From Flavobacteriaceae bacterium (lineage in GTDB: Bacteria > Bacteroidota > Bacteroidia > Flavobacteriales > Flavobacteriaceae): a stretch of DNA of 64,000 bases. Under the pieces are notes generated by a model. It ran no database searches. It was not told the DNA's origin and was given only the letters and a program-made list of their open reading frames with translations. A program made the translations under genes and the position numbers. Location of the stretch: assembly GCA_965658355.1 (NCBI GenBank), contig CBFHRX010000001.1, positions 4,637 to 68,636 of the forward strand. Reading direction: 5' to 3'. This document shows positions 49,741 through 60,290 of the stretch, in pieces (the first letter of the stretch is position 1; every line of letters begins with the position of its first letter).

Positions 49741-51393
49741 TTGTTAACGGCACTCACCATAGATAATTACGCATTGATAGAACACCTAGATGTTTCTTTT
49801 GATTCTGGGATGACTACTATCACAGGTGAAACAGGTGCGGGTAAATCTATTTTGTTAGGAGCCTTGTCGCTGGTACTAGGGAAACGTGCCGATCGTTCTT
49901 CGCTAAAGGACAACGATAAAAAATGCATTATAGAGGCACATTTTGAGATTGCTTCTTACGGTTTACGTGATTTTTTTGAGCAAGAAGGCTTGGACTATGA
50001 GGATAGTACTATTATTAGACGCGAAATAATCCCCTCCGGCAAATCACGTGCCTTTGTCAATGACAGTCCTGTTACTTTAGATATCCTAGACCGATTGGCT
50101 GCAGATTTGATTGATATTCACTCCCAGCATCAGACTTTAAAACTGACAAAAACTGAATACCAGTTCCAAGTTTTAGATGCCCTTGCTGGGAATATGGAAC
50201 GGCTAGAAAGCTATCAAAAGAAGCTCGCTTTGTATCGTCAGGATACCAAAGAACTAGCGTACATAAAAGCAACGGCCTCCCAAGCTCAAAAAGACCGTGA
50301 CTACAATCAATTTTTATATGATGAACTAGAGGCGGCCGAATTGACAACTGACATGTTGGCTCCTTTGGAAGCTCGAGTAGAGGAATTAGCGAGTGTACAA
50401 GATATAAAGCAGAGTCTTGAAAGTGGTGCTCAGATTATTGAAGCTGAGGATGTCGGAATTTTGCACCTATTAAGTGAATTTAGATCCGCGCTACGAATGG
50501 CTTTACAAAAAGCACCTTCCCTGTCTGAAATGCCAGCAAGGCTAGAAAATATGCATGCTGAGCTCACTGATATACACTCAGAATTGCAGCTCAAGAGTAG
50601 CCAATTGGAAAACGATCCCGAAGCATTAGAAAAAGCTGAAAATCAATTGCAGCTTTTGTATATGCTTCTCAAAAAACACCAAGTAGATACCGTAGCTGAA
50701 TTGATTGAAAAAAGAGACTTTTTGCAGTCTCAATTGCAGACGACAGAGGAGCAGCAAGAAAAAATAGCGGCTTTTGAAGCACGCCTCTCAAGCACAAAAA
50801 AAGAGCTTGAATCCATAGCTTTATCAATTCGCGAGAATCGATTGCAGGCAATTCCTGATTTAATTCATAAAATGGAAGCCTTAATTGGTAAAATGGGAAT
50901 GGAAAACGCACGTTTTCAAATTGCTTTACACCCTACTGAGCATTTTCAAGTTCAAGGAATGGATGATATGGAGTTTCTTTTTTCAGCAAATTTAGGAGGC
51001 CGTTTTGGACCCTTAAAAAGTGTCGCTTCAGGAGGGGAGTTATCACGGATAATGCTGGCAATAAAAGCATTGTTGTCTCAATTCAAGAAATTACCAAGCA
51101 TCATTTTTGATGAAATTGATACAGGAGTTTCTGGAGCTGTTTCAGATGAAATAGCGGTGATCATGAATCAAATGGCAACATATATGCAAGTGTTTACCAT
51201 TACACACTTGCCTCAAGTAGCCGCCAAGGGGAGTCAGCATTTTAAGGTCTATAAAACTCTTTATAACGATGCTACACAAACCCAAATAAAAGAACTCAAT
51301 AAAGAAGAGCGTATTGCTGAGATTGCCAAAATGGTCTCGGGAAAAGAGCTTACGCCTACAGCACTAGAGCACGCAAAAGAATTATTAAACTGA
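49741..51393 (+). CDS. recN: DNA repair protein RecN
   Basis: TTG start giving MLTALTIDNYALIEHL. Walker A GETGAGKSI, a long coiled coil, the signature ASGGELSRIML and Walker B IIFDEIDTG. Confidence 0.95.
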   Translation: MLTALTIDNYALIEHLDVSFDSGMTTITGETGAGKSILLGALSLVLGKRADRSSLKDNDKKCIIEAHFEIASYGLRDFFEQEGLDYEDSTIIRREIIPSGKSRAFVNDSPVTLDILDRLAADLIDIHSQHQTLKLTKTEYQFQVLDALAGNMERLESYQKKLALYRQDTKELAYIKATASQAQKDRDYNQFLYDELEAAELTTDMLAPLEARVEELASVQDIKQSLESGAQIIEAEDVGILHLLSEFRSALRMALQKAPSLSEMPARLENMHAELTDIHSELQLKSSQLENDPEALEKAENQLQLLYMLLKKHQVDTVAELIEKRDFLQSQLQTTEEQQEKIAAFEARLSSTKKELESIALSIRENRLQAIPDLIHKMEALIGKMGMENARFQIALHPTEHFQVQGMDDMEFLFSANLGGRFGPLKSVASGGELSRIMLAIKALLSQFKKLPSIIFDEIDTGVSGAVSDEIAVIMNQMATYMQVFTITHLPQVAAKGSQHFKVYKTLYNDATQTQIKELNKEERIAEIAKMVSGKELTPTALEHAKELLN

Positions 51394-51405
51394 GAAACAA
51401 TACAG

Positions 51406-52224
51406 ATGAATTACGAAATTTTAAAAGGTAAAAGAGGAATTATTTTTGGAGCATTAGACCAAGAATCGATAGCATGGAAAACAGCTGAGGCGGTTCATGC
51501 TGCAGGAGGTAAATTTGTGCTTACAAATGCACCAGTAGCCTTAAGAATGGGAACCATTAATGCGCTAGGGGAGAAAACCAATGCTCCTGTTATACCTGCA
51601 GATGCTACCAAAATAGAAGATCTTGAAAATCTTATTGAAGAGGCACAGCACTCTTTGGGAGGGAAACTAGACTTTGTTTTACACTCCATTGGGATGTCTG
51701 TAAACGTTCGGAAAGGAAAACATTATACTGATCTTAACCACGATTGGATGACGAAAGGCTGGGATGTCTCTGCTGTCTCATTCCACAAATTAATGCAAGT
51801 GCTGTACAAGAAGGATGCTATGAATGAATGGGGAAGTATTATTGCGTTATCCTACATTGCTGCCCAGCGCACCTTTCCTAATTACAATGACATGGCTGAC
51901 AATAAGGCCTATTTAGAATCTATAGCACGTAGTTTTGGCTATTTCTTTGGGAAAGATAAAAAAGTCAGGGTAAATACCATTTCACAGTCTCCCACATTAA
52001 CCACCGCAGGGAAAGGGGTAGAAGGTTTAGACGGATTTCTGACCTATGCTGAAAAGACAGCACCGCTTGGCAATGCAACTGCTGAAGATTGTGCAAATTA
52101 CACCGTCATGATGTTCTCGGACTACAGCAAAAAGGTGACGCTGCAAAATTTATTTCACGACGGTGGATTTTCGAACGTAGGGGTAAGTCAAGAAATAATT
52201 GACTCTTTGACTGATCCTTCATAA
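51406..52224 (+). CDS. fabI: enoyl-[acyl-carrier-protein] reductase (FabI-type SDR)
   Basis: Y-x6-K region SYIAAQRTFPNYNDMADNKAYLE and an N-terminal Rossmann segment GIIFGALDQESIAW. 272 aa. Confidence 0.82.
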   Translation: MNYEILKGKRGIIFGALDQESIAWKTAEAVHAAGGKFVLTNAPVALRMGTINALGEKTNAPVIPADATKIEDLENLIEEAQHSLGGKLDFVLHSIGMSVNVRKGKHYTDLNHDWMTKGWDVSAVSFHKLMQVLYKKDAMNEWGSIIALSYIAAQRTFPNYNDMADNKAYLESIARSFGYFFGKDKKVRVNTISQSPTLTTAGKGVEGLDGFLTYAEKTAPLGNATAEDCANYTVMMFSDYSKKVTLQNLFHDGGFSNVGVSQEIIDSLTDPS

Positions 52225-52233
52225 GCTATCTTG

Positions 52234-53202
52234 ATGTCCAAAGGATTCAATCAATTCAAAAAATGGACCCATAGTTGGATCCCGGACAAAAGTAAGGTGC
52301 AGTTTTTTTTGATTTTTGTCATTATTTCCACCTCATTTTGGTTGCTTACCCGTATTTCAAATAGCTATTCTGGACAAGTTGTTTTTGATCTTACCTACTT
52401 GAATACCCCAAAAGGGATCGTAGTTGAAAGGGCTCCTGAAAAAATGATGGTAACCTTAGAAGCCTCGGGCTTTCAGTTATTGCTCTATCAAGTTTTTGGG
52501 AGTCGTCTAAAAATCGATCTGCAAAACACTCAATTGGAAAACGAAAGGGGATTTGTGAATTTAATAGAACAGCAGAATTATCTGGAATCACAATTGGCTG
52601 ATAATACGATTATTTCATTGCTCAATTCTGCCCAATTAGAGTTTCAATTCAAACGATTGTTACAAAAAAAAGTACCTATCCAACTCGTATCGGATCTGGG
52701 TTTTAAAGTGGGGTATAACTTCATGGAGCCTCCAAAACTGATACCCGATTCTGTTACTGTAGTTGGAACGGGAAAAGAACTAGACAAAGTGCTATTCATT
52801 AGCACACAGTTGCTTGAAAAATCTTCTTTGGAGAGTGACTTTTCGGAAACTTTGCGGCTGCAAATACCCAAGGAAATTATTTCATCTAGTAATCAAGTAG
52901 TTATTGTTGAGGGAAAAATCACTCAGTTTACAGAGTTGACATTTGACCTCCCTGTGCAAGTCAAGAATAGTCCCATTGGGACAAAGATTCGGTTGTTTCC
53001 AAAAGAGGTGCAAATACGCGTTTTACTCCCTATGTATTTAGCCCGAACAGTACAAGCAGAAGACTTTAGTGTAGCGGTTGATTATTTGGAGATTCTAGAA
53101 AAAGGGGAGAAAAGAATAAAAGTGCACTTAACAAAGCAGCCTGCTTTTATTCAATCGTTTCGATTGGAACCGAAGTTTATAAATTACTTAATTAAGAAAT
53201 GA
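52234..53202 (+). CDS. YbbR-like domain-containing membrane-anchored protein
   Basis: N-terminal TM (FFLIFVIISTSFWLL) followed by repeated beta-rich modules. Assigned by resemblance to YbbR/CdaR-type proteins from memory. Confidence 0.55.
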   Translation: MSKGFNQFKKWTHSWIPDKSKVQFFLIFVIISTSFWLLTRISNSYSGQVVFDLTYLNTPKGIVVERAPEKMMVTLEASGFQLLLYQVFGSRLKIDLQNTQLENERGFVNLIEQQNYLESQLADNTIISLLNSAQLEFQFKRLLQKKVPIQLVSDLGFKVGYNFMEPPKLIPDSVTVVGTGKELDKVLFISTQLLEKSSLESDFSETLRLQIPKEIISSSNQVVIVEGKITQFTELTFDLPVQVKNSPIGTKIRLFPKEVQIRVLLPMYLARTVQAEDFSVAVDYLEILEKGEKRIKVHLTKQPAFIQSFRLEPKFINYLIKK

Positions 53203-53792
53203 AAATCATTGGTTTAACGGGTGGAATTGGGAGCGGTAAATCGAAAGCCTTGGCTTTTTTTAAGAAAAAGGGGATCCCGTGTTATCAAGCTGACAAAGCC
53301 GGTCACAGGGTCTTAAATGAGGATACAGAGGTAGTCGATAAGATCAAAGCGTATTTTGGAGCCCATTTATACACCCAAAAGGGGTTGGATCGGAAGTCAT
53401 TAGGGGCTCATGTATTTGAGAATCCAGACGCATTAGCGTATTTAAATTCTATTGTGCATCCTGCTGTTCGAAAGGACTTTAAGCAATTTATTCAAAATCA
53501 TCAAGCTCCTTTTGTTGTGAGTGAGGTTGCGATATTATTTGAAAATGGCGGTCAAGCACAATACGATAAAATAATAGTGATAACAGCCCCCGAATCAGTG
53601 CGGATAAAAAGAGTACAAGAAAGAGACCGAGTCTCGGAAGAGGAGATTGTGTCTCGCATAAAAAGGCAATGGCCTGACGCTAAAAAAGTACCTTTGGCTG
53701 ACTATGTCATCGTTAACGATACGGATTGGATGACAACAGAAATATCCCTGCAGAAAGTATATGAGGAATTGCTGGCTTTTTCTCAGCAATAG
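53199..53792 (+). CDS. coaE: dephospho-CoA kinase
   Basis: MKIIGLTGGIGSGKS P-loop. 197 aa. ATGA overlap with the upstream gene. Confidence 0.93.
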   Translation: MKIIGLTGGIGSGKSKALAFFKKKGIPCYQADKAGHRVLNEDTEVVDKIKAYFGAHLYTQKGLDRKSLGAHVFENPDALAYLNSIVHPAVRKDFKQFIQNHQAPFVVSEVAILFENGGQAQYDKIIVITAPESVRIKRVQERDRVSEEEIVSRIKRQWPDAKKVPLADYVIVNDTDWMTTEISLQKVYEELLAFSQQ

Positions 53793-53860
53793 CCTTAACA
53801 AAGCCTTAGGAAAATTAGTAGTATATTTTCTTCAACTTTGCCTGGTAAGAATAGAACATC

Positions 53861-55459
53861 TTGAAAAAGAACAGATTTATCATTCTTGTAGTCCTTATGA
53901 TTACTTCCATTTTTGGAATAATCGGAGTACAGGCTTTCTGGATTTCCACCTCTTGGGAGAACAAAGAAGAAGAATTTTCTCTTGCCGTGAATCAAAGCCT
54001 TCGAACTGTTGCTAGAGAAATTCAAAACCGAGAGTTGACGGATTATATTAGTGCCTACCAAAAGCTAATAGATTCAGTAGGGAAGCCGACCGAATCTAAT
54101 TTCACAGATATTTTTCTTTTTTTAGACGAAGACCGCCCCAACAACCTTTCTACCTTTTTTGCTTTCGGAATCCTAGAAGAAGACTACACTATTAAGGGGT
54201 CTTATTTTGACCCAGTATTGGGAGAACGAGATTCCGTTACAAACCTCAAGGATTACAAAGGAGTACGTACGACTACTATTTTGAAAAATGAGGTATTTAA
54301 TAGAGAGAACCGCTTGGCGAGCTCTATCCAAAAACTGAAGCGTATTGATCGTCTTAATAGTTATGACGAAGCAAAATATAGAGATGCTTATATGGATTAT
54401 GCGAATACCCTGCCGATACATAGGAGGGTAAATAATCAAGAAGTCTCCCTATTATTAGAAATGGAGTTAAAGGAGCGCGATATTCAAATCCCCTATCAGT
54501 TTGGTGTTTACAACGATGGACTGGCGACCAAAATAAAGTCTAATAACTATCAAGAGATACAGAAGGGTGTCGCCTATAGTGCCCCCATCTTCGTGGATAC
54601 CCAGGGGAATAGTCCCTATGAATTACGGGTCAGTTTTCCGACACGTGACAATTATGTGATGTCTTCAATAATGGGGGTAGCAGGTTTGTCTTTAGTGCTT
54701 ACCGTTTTCATTATTTTAGTTTCTGCGGGTGCGTTGTTTCAAATCATTCAACAGAAAAAGATTTCTGAAATCAAAACCGATTTCATCAATAATATGTCGC
54801 ACGAATTTAAAACCCCAATTGCGACTATTAATTTGGCCTTGGACGCCATTGCCAATCCCAAAACGATTGACACGCCAGTGAAGATTTTACAATATACCAA
54901 TATGATACGGGAGGAAAATACACGCATGCTAACACAGGTAGAAAATGTATTGAAAATCTCTCAGCTTGAGAAAGGAACAACCCCACTCGAATGGGAACAA
55001 TTGGACTTGCATCAATTAATAGCAGAGGCGATCACCCATGTGGGGCTTATAGTGGAAAACAAAAAAGGCTATATCAAAACCCATCTTGCCGATGAGGCGG
55101 CTGTTTTTGAAGGGGATTTTAATCACTTCACCAATCTGATTGTGAATATTTTAGACAATGCGATTAAATACACAGAGGGGGCGCCTAAAATTGATATATA
55201 TACCGAATACAATAACGGGCAAGCACTGCTAAGCATTCAAGATCAAGGTATGGGAATGGATGCTGCTACTCAGCGACTTGTTTTTGATAAATTTTACCGG
55301 CAAGAAGGAGGGAATATTCACAATATCAAAGGCCATGGACTTGGACTTTCTTATGTTAAAAAAATCATTGAATTGCATCGCTGCAAGATTGCTATTGAAA
55401 GTAAAAAAGGTTCTGGCTCAAAGTTCATTATTTCAATCCCATTAAAACCTCAAAAATAA
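53861..55459 (+). CDS. sensor histidine kinase with ~240-aa extracytoplasmic domain
   Basis: TTG start giving MKKNRF. TM1 at the N-terminus and TM2 at about residues 270-295. H-box MSHEFKTPIATI, N-box NILDNAIKYT, and G-boxes DQGMGM / GHGLGLSYVKKI. Confidence 0.9.
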   Translation: MKKNRFIILVVLMITSIFGIIGVQAFWISTSWENKEEEFSLAVNQSLRTVAREIQNRELTDYISAYQKLIDSVGKPTESNFTDIFLFLDEDRPNNLSTFFAFGILEEDYTIKGSYFDPVLGERDSVTNLKDYKGVRTTTILKNEVFNRENRLASSIQKLKRIDRLNSYDEAKYRDAYMDYANTLPIHRRVNNQEVSLLLEMELKERDIQIPYQFGVYNDGLATKIKSNNYQEIQKGVAYSAPIFVDTQGNSPYELRVSFPTRDNYVMSSIMGVAGLSLVLTVFIILVSAGALFQIIQQKKISEIKTDFINNMSHEFKTPIATINLALDAIANPKTIDTPVKILQYTNMIREENTRMLTQVENVLKISQLEKGTTPLEWEQLDLHQLIAEAITHVGLIVENKKGYIKTHLADEAAVFEGDFNHFTNLIVNILDNAIKYTEGAPKIDIYTEYNNGQALLSIQDQGMGMDAATQRLVFDKFYRQEGGNIHNIKGHGLGLSYVKKIIELHRCKIAIESKKGSGSKFIISIPLKPQK

Positions 55460-55471
55460 CCCCATCAAATT

Positions 55472-56179
55472 ATGAATAATAAAAAAATATTAGTCGTTGA
55501 AGACGATCCCAATTTTGGAAGTATTTTAAAAGATTATCTGACCTTAAACGAATACGAAATCGTACTGGCAAAAAATGGAATAGAAGGCTATGAAAAGTTT
55601 AAAAAAGAACATTTTGATTTATGTATTTTAGACGTGATGATGCCTTATAAGGATGGCTTTACCTTGGCCAAAGAAATACGGGATAAAAATGACTCAGTAC
55701 CCATTCTCTTTTTAACCGCTAAAAACCTCAAAGAAGACATGTTAAAGGGGTTTAAGCTGGGGGCTGATGACTATATCACTAAGCCTTTTGATTCAGATGT
55801 GTTATTGGCTAAAATTAAAGTGTTTTTAAATCGTAATCAAAAGCCTGTCAGTGTTGAATCTGAAGCGTTTTTATTTGATATAGGGCAATTTAAATTCAAT
55901 TCAAAATTGCGCACGTTGACCTTTGATGGCGGGGAAGCAGTAAAACTATCTCCTAAAGAAAGTCAATTGTTACGTCTGCTGTCGTTGCATATTAATGATT
56001 TACTACCAAGAGAGGTCGCTTTGACTAAAATTTGGCGAGACGATAATTATTTTACATCAAGGAGTATGGATGTTTATATAGCCAAGCTACGTAAGTACCT
56101 TAAGGACGACAGTAAGGTAGAAATACTCAATATTCACGGGGAAGGCTTTAGGCTGGTTATAGGAGCGGAAGAATCTTAG
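55472..56179 (+). CDS. OmpR/PhoB-family response regulator
   Basis: Receiver motifs ILVVEDDP, DLCILDVMMP and LTAK, plus a C-terminal winged-helix domain (LSPKESQLLRLL...YIAKLRKYL). Confidence 0.93.
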   Translation: MNNKKILVVEDDPNFGSILKDYLTLNEYEIVLAKNGIEGYEKFKKEHFDLCILDVMMPYKDGFTLAKEIRDKNDSVPILFLTAKNLKEDMLKGFKLGADDYITKPFDSDVLLAKIKVFLNRNQKPVSVESEAFLFDIGQFKFNSKLRTLTFDGGEAVKLSPKESQLLRLLSLHINDLLPREVALTKIWRDDNYFTSRSMDVYIAKLRKYLKDDSKVEILNIHGEGFRLVIGAEES

Positions 56180-57072
56180 AGTCTAGGATGGAATTGTTCC
56201 ATTACTTTCCGCAAATGTCGGGTGTCAATATGAGTATATATCTCAGTCGTCGTAATGCTTTCGTGACCTAAAAGTACCTGAATGGTTCTTAAGTCAGCGC
56301 CATTTTCTAAAAGATGTGTGGCAAAAGAATGCCTAAAAGTATGAGGGCTAACTTTTTTCTTGATTCCTGCTCTTTCGGCTGTTTTTTGAACAATTAGAAA
56401 AACCATGTTTCGTGTCAATGACTTTCCATTTCGGTTTAGAAACACAAAATTTTCATAGCCTTTTTGTATTTTTTGGCTGGATTGAATTTCATGTAAATAG
56501 AGGTTGACTTGTTGCAGTGCATAGTCACCCATCGGGACCAGTCTCTGTTTGTTCCCTTTACCCGTTACTCGTAGAAGCTTTTCTTTAGTATAAATATCAG
56601 ACTTTTGAAGATTGACTAACTCACTAACCCGCAATCCGCTCCCATAAAGTGTCTCCAATAAAGCCTTGTTTCGATGGCCTTCTGTCTTGCTCATGTCCAC
56701 GGCCTCCAGTATTTTTTCGACCTCGTTTATGCTGAGTGTGTCGGGTAGCTTACGGCCCATTTTAGGAGCTTCTAGCCATTGTGTAGGAAGGTCCTCTCGG
56801 TATTTTTCAAAAACTAAATACTTGAAAAAGCTTTTGAGCCCAGCTATTCTTCTGCTTTGAGAGTAGCTGCTCTTTCCTTTGGCCTCGTGATAGATGAATT
56901 CTTGGATGGTTGTTGCTTGAATTTTAAGGGGGGATACAGGGCTGTCGTGGTCACTCAAAAAGCGCATTAATGCTTGTACATCCAATTGGTAATTTGCAAT
57001 TGTATTCTCTGACAGGCCTCTCTCGATACTCAGATAATGCCCAAAATCTTCTAAGGCTTTCGTCCATTCCAT
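56176..57072 (-). CDS. xerD: site-specific tyrosine recombinase XerD
   Basis: N-terminal SAM-like domain (YLSIERGLSENTI.NY). Catalytic R...HTFRHSFATHLL...LLGHESITTTEIYTH. 298 aa. Confidence 0.88.
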   Translation of the reverse strand: MEWTKALEDFGHYLSIERGLSENTIANYQLDVQALMRFLSDHDSPVSPLKIQATTIQEFIYHEAKGKSSYSQSRRIAGLKSFFKYLVFEKYREDLPTQWLEAPKMGRKLPDTLSINEVEKILEAVDMSKTEGHRNKALLETLYGSGLRVSELVNLQKSDIYTKEKLLRVTGKGNKQRLVPMGDYALQQVNLYLHEIQSSQKIQKGYENFVFLNRNGKSLTRNMVFLIVQKTAERAGIKKKVSPHTFRHSFATHLLENGADLRTIQVLLGHESITTTEIYTHIDTRHLRKVMEQFHPRL

Positions 57073-57143
57073 ATCTCTTTATAATCCTCCCTTGCGGAAT
57101 TGTAACAAAGTACTTAAAAGATATGTATTTTTGAAAAAAAAAG

Positions 57144-57563
57144 ATGAATCTAGCGATTGTTAATGGTCCCAATTTGAACCTTCTGGGGACTCGCGAACCG
57201 GATATATATGGAGCCATGACTTTTGATGCGTATTATCAAAAGCTTCAAGAAGAATACCCCACTATTAACTTTAGTTATTACCAGTCCAATGTAGAGGGGG
57301 AGTTACTCAATATTCTTCAAGACATTGGTTTTAAGGTTGACGGCATTCTTTTCAACGCAGCTGCCTATACGCATACCTCAGTTGGTTTAGGAGATTGTAT
57401 TAAAGCCATTGATGCGCCTGTTATTGAAATTCATATTTCCAATACTTTTTCCAGGGAAGATTTTCGCCATAAATCCTATATAACGCCAGTTTCCAAGGGG
57501 CTAATTGTAGGTTTTGGACTTGACAGTTACCGCTTAGGAGTCGAAAGTTTTCTAAACCGATAG
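57144..57563 (+). CDS. aroQ: type II 3-dehydroquinate dehydratase
   Basis: IVNGPNLNLLGTREP..YG, NAAAYTHTS and IEIHISN. 139 aa. Confidence 0.95.
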   Translation: MNLAIVNGPNLNLLGTREPDIYGAMTFDAYYQKLQEEYPTINFSYYQSNVEGELLNILQDIGFKVDGILFNAAAYTHTSVGLGDCIKAIDAPVIEIHISNTFSREDFRHKSYITPVSKGLIVGFGLDSYRLGVESFLNR

Positions 57564-58774
57564 GCAGCCCAAAGTCCCAATAGAGAGAAAAAAGCCAGGA
57601 AGAGAAACAGCTGTTGGTGTCCCCAAATTCCCTCAAAATTGTCTAAAAAGTATCCCATTATTGGGCCTACAAAGATATCGGGTGTATAGCCTACTAGTGA
57701 TATTAATCCCACAGCTGTACCTGTAATGTAAAAAGGAATTTGGCCTTCTTCCATGACGGCATAATAAACCGCTCTTAGGCCATAGGTTCCGATAGCTGTT
57801 ATGATTAGGGACATGCCAAACAAAGAATAGTGAGGCGCTATAACGGATCCTGAGGCAAATAAAAGCGCTCCTATAAAACTGCATCCAAAAGCATATAACA
57901 AAACCTTACTTGCTTTGGTCTTATCTGCGAATACACCGACTAATATACATATGAGGGGTCTCAAATACATTTGATAACTTCCTACTTGGGCCGCCTTAAC
58001 TTCATCAAAAAGCATGATTTCGGCAGCGTATAAGGAGAAAACATCTGTTACCTTATACCCAACATAAGCTGACAAAACAATGATCATTAAATAATGAACA
58101 CTTGGAATTGCAATCGCCTTTTTGATTTTCTCCCAGGATCCAAGGGGCGATATTTTTTGACTATTAGAGGCTGTAGAATCTTTGAAAAAAAGCATGATAA
58201 AGCCTCCCATTGCGGCACAAAAAAATGCCGAAATAAGAATGACTAATTGAAATGCATTTTGACGAATTTCAGCTGAAAGGCTAGCAGAATCAGCAGGGAG
58301 AAAATAGCTAAAAATAGAAACCCCAATAGCCCCTAGGCTTGCTGCAATAAAGCCTCTGCCTCCCTCTAGAAACCCAAATGCTTTCCCTTGACTACTGACC
58401 CCTCCCCATTCGCGTGTCGCTTTTATCATAGCTGACCAGAACAAAAATAGGGTCGTAAAACCCCAGTAGACATAAAGAAGTAGTAAAGAACTATAGCTGG
58501 GTAGTGTATACAGATAAAAGCCCCCTAGGGACGTCAGCAATAATGAGAGTGCCATCAGCTTTCTAGGAGGAAACCGATCGGCCACAGTCCCTCCAAAAAA
58601 ATAAGAAACAAGTGCTATCATTCCATAGAGAGCGTAACAATTTCCGAGTTCTGTATTGGTAATATCAAAAACAGCTAAAAAAGTAGGTCTGAAAACTCGC
58701 GCAAGTACAAAAGGTAGAATGAAAGTAGCCTCCCCAGCCAAAATTAACAATAGGATTCTTAACGGATTCCTCAA
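57527..58774 (-). CDS. MFS transporter
   Basis: About 12 predicted TM segments with the MFS loop motif GGTVADRFPPRKLM. Substrate unknown. Confidence 0.85.
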   Translation of the reverse strand: MRNPLRILLLILAGEATFILPFVLARVFRPTFLAVFDITNTELGNCYALYGMIALVSYFFGGTVADRFPPRKLMALSLLLTSLGGFYLYTLPSYSSLLLLYVYWGFTTLFLFWSAMIKATREWGGVSSQGKAFGFLEGGRGFIAASLGAIGVSIFSYFLPADSASLSAEIRQNAFQLVILISAFFCAAMGGFIMLFFKDSTASNSQKISPLGSWEKIKKAIAIPSVHYLMIIVLSAYVGYKVTDVFSLYAAEIMLFDEVKAAQVGSYQMYLRPLICILVGVFADKTKASKVLLYAFGCSFIGALLFASGSVIAPHYSLFGMSLIITAIGTYGLRAVYYAVMEEGQIPFYITGTAVGLISLVGYTPDIFVGPIMGYFLDNFEGIWGHQQLFLFLAFFSLLGLWAAYRFRKLSTPKR

Positions 58775-58798
58775 GACCCTTAATATAGGGGTTTGAAT

Positions 58799-58825
58799 AA
58801 AAAAAACAGCCCGAAGGCTGTTTTA
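58799..58825 (-). terminator. intrinsic terminator downstream of lpdA, cUUCGg tetraloop
   Basis: On the minus strand: cagcc-uucg-ggcug followed by a U8 run, about 25 nt after the lpdA stop. Confidence 0.75.
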
Positions 58826-58844
58826 ATACCATTTCAAATCTGAA

Positions 58845-60236
58845 TTAAAGATGTATTACTTCATCATAAGCATCTGCAACGGCTTCCATGACTGCTTCAC
58901 TCATTGTAGGGTGTGGGTGGACTGTTTTGAGTATCTCATGGCCTGTAGTTTCTAGTTTTCTTCCTACTACTGCTTCCGCAATCATATCAGTTACACCAGC
59001 ACCAATCATATGGCACCCCAGCCATTCTCCATATTTAGCATCGAAGATCACTTTTACAAAGCCCTCAGAGTTTCCAGAAGCTTGCGCTTTACCAGATGCT
59101 GAGAATGGGAATTTACCAACTTTGATTTCCAATCCTTTGTCTTTGGCTTGTTGCTCGGTAAGCCCAACAGAAGCGATCTCTGGATAGCAATAGGTACAGC
59201 CCGGAATATTTCCATAATCAAGAGGTTCAACATTCATACCGGCTATTTTTTCTACGCAAATAATACCTTCAGCTGAGGCTACGTGAGCGAGTGCTGGACC
59301 GGCTGTAATATCTCCTATAGCATAGTAACCCGGTAGATTGGTTTGGTAGAAATCATTCACCAAAATCTTATCTCGATCGACAGCAATTCCAATATCTTCT
59401 AATCCAAGCTCTTCTAGATTTGTTTTGATCCCCACAGCAGAAAGAACGATATCCGCTTGTAAACTGAGTTCTTCCTTTTTTGTTTTGACAGTAGCTTTGA
59501 CGCCTTTTCCTTTGGTATCCACAGCTGTTACTTCTGCTGATGTAAGGATTTCAATTCCACTTTTCTTAAAAGTACGTTCTAGCTGTTTGGATACTTCTTC
59601 ATCCTCTATAGGGACAATTCTATCTTGGTATTCTACAATGGTCACTTCAGTTCCCATGGCATTATAAAAATACGCAAATTCAATTCCGATGGCTCCAGAG
59701 CCCACTACAATCATTTTTTTGGGTTGCTTGTCCAGTGTCATGGCCTTTCGATAGCCAATGACTTTTTTTCCGTCTTGAGGAAGGTTTGGTAATTCTCGAG
59801 AACGAGCCCCCGTAGCAATAATTATATTTTTAGCTTCATAAATAGTTTCTTCTGAACCCGCTGTGACACTAACTTTTTTTCCAGCTATTACTTTACCGTG
59901 GCCTTGGAGGACATCAATTTTATTTTTTTTCATCAAAAATTGAACTCCTTTACTCATTCCAGCAGCCACATTTCGACTGCGATTTACCACTGCATCAAAG
60001 TCTTTGTCGTATTCTTTTACTGTAAGACCATAGTCAGAAGCATGTTTTAAATACTCAAATACTTGAGCTGATTTTAGCAATGCCTTTGTAGGGATGCATC
60101 CCCAATTTAAACAGACGCCACCTAAGCTTTCTTTCTCTACTACTGCCGTCTTAAAACCAAGTTGTGAAGCACGGATCGCAGTTACATAGCCACCAGGGCC
60201 ACTCCCTACTACGATAATATCATATGTGTTTGCCAT
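58845..60236 (-). CDS. lpdA: dihydrolipoyl dehydrogenase
   Basis: FAD motif VVGSGPGGY, redox disulfide GGVCLNWGCIPTK, NAD motif VVGSGAIGIE, and a C-terminal HPHPTMSE. Confidence 0.95.
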   Translation of the reverse strand: MANTYDIIVVGSGPGGYVTAIRASQLGFKTAVVEKESLGGVCLNWGCIPTKALLKSAQVFEYLKHASDYGLTVKEYDKDFDAVVNRSRNVAAGMSKGVQFLMKKNKIDVLQGHGKVIAGKKVSVTAGSEETIYEAKNIIIATGARSRELPNLPQDGKKVIGYRKAMTLDKQPKKMIVVGSGAIGIEFAYFYNAMGTEVTIVEYQDRIVPIEDEEVSKQLERTFKKSGIEILTSAEVTAVDTKGKGVKATVKTKKEELSLQADIVLSAVGIKTNLEELGLEDIGIAVDRDKILVNDFYQTNLPGYYAIGDITAGPALAHVASAEGIICVEKIAGMNVEPLDYGNIPGCTYCYPEIASVGLTEQQAKDKGLEIKVGKFPFSASGKAQASGNSEGFVKVIFDAKYGEWLGCHMIGAGVTDMIAEAVVGRKLETTGHEILKTVHPHPTMSEAVMEAVADAYDEVIHL

Positions 60237-60290
60237 AAGTCAAGATTAAAATCGCCCTAAAATTACAAAATGAAAAGCAGCTTTCCTTAT

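Noticed and set aside
56176-57072. Tyrosine recombinase gene as a possible marker of an integrated mobile element.
   Set aside because: Its sequence and length fit chromosomal XerD, with an N-terminal SAM-like domain and the R-H-R-Y catalytic set. It is flanked by aroQ and a housekeeping two-component pair. There is no adjacent tRNA, direct repeats, excisionase or cargo genes.
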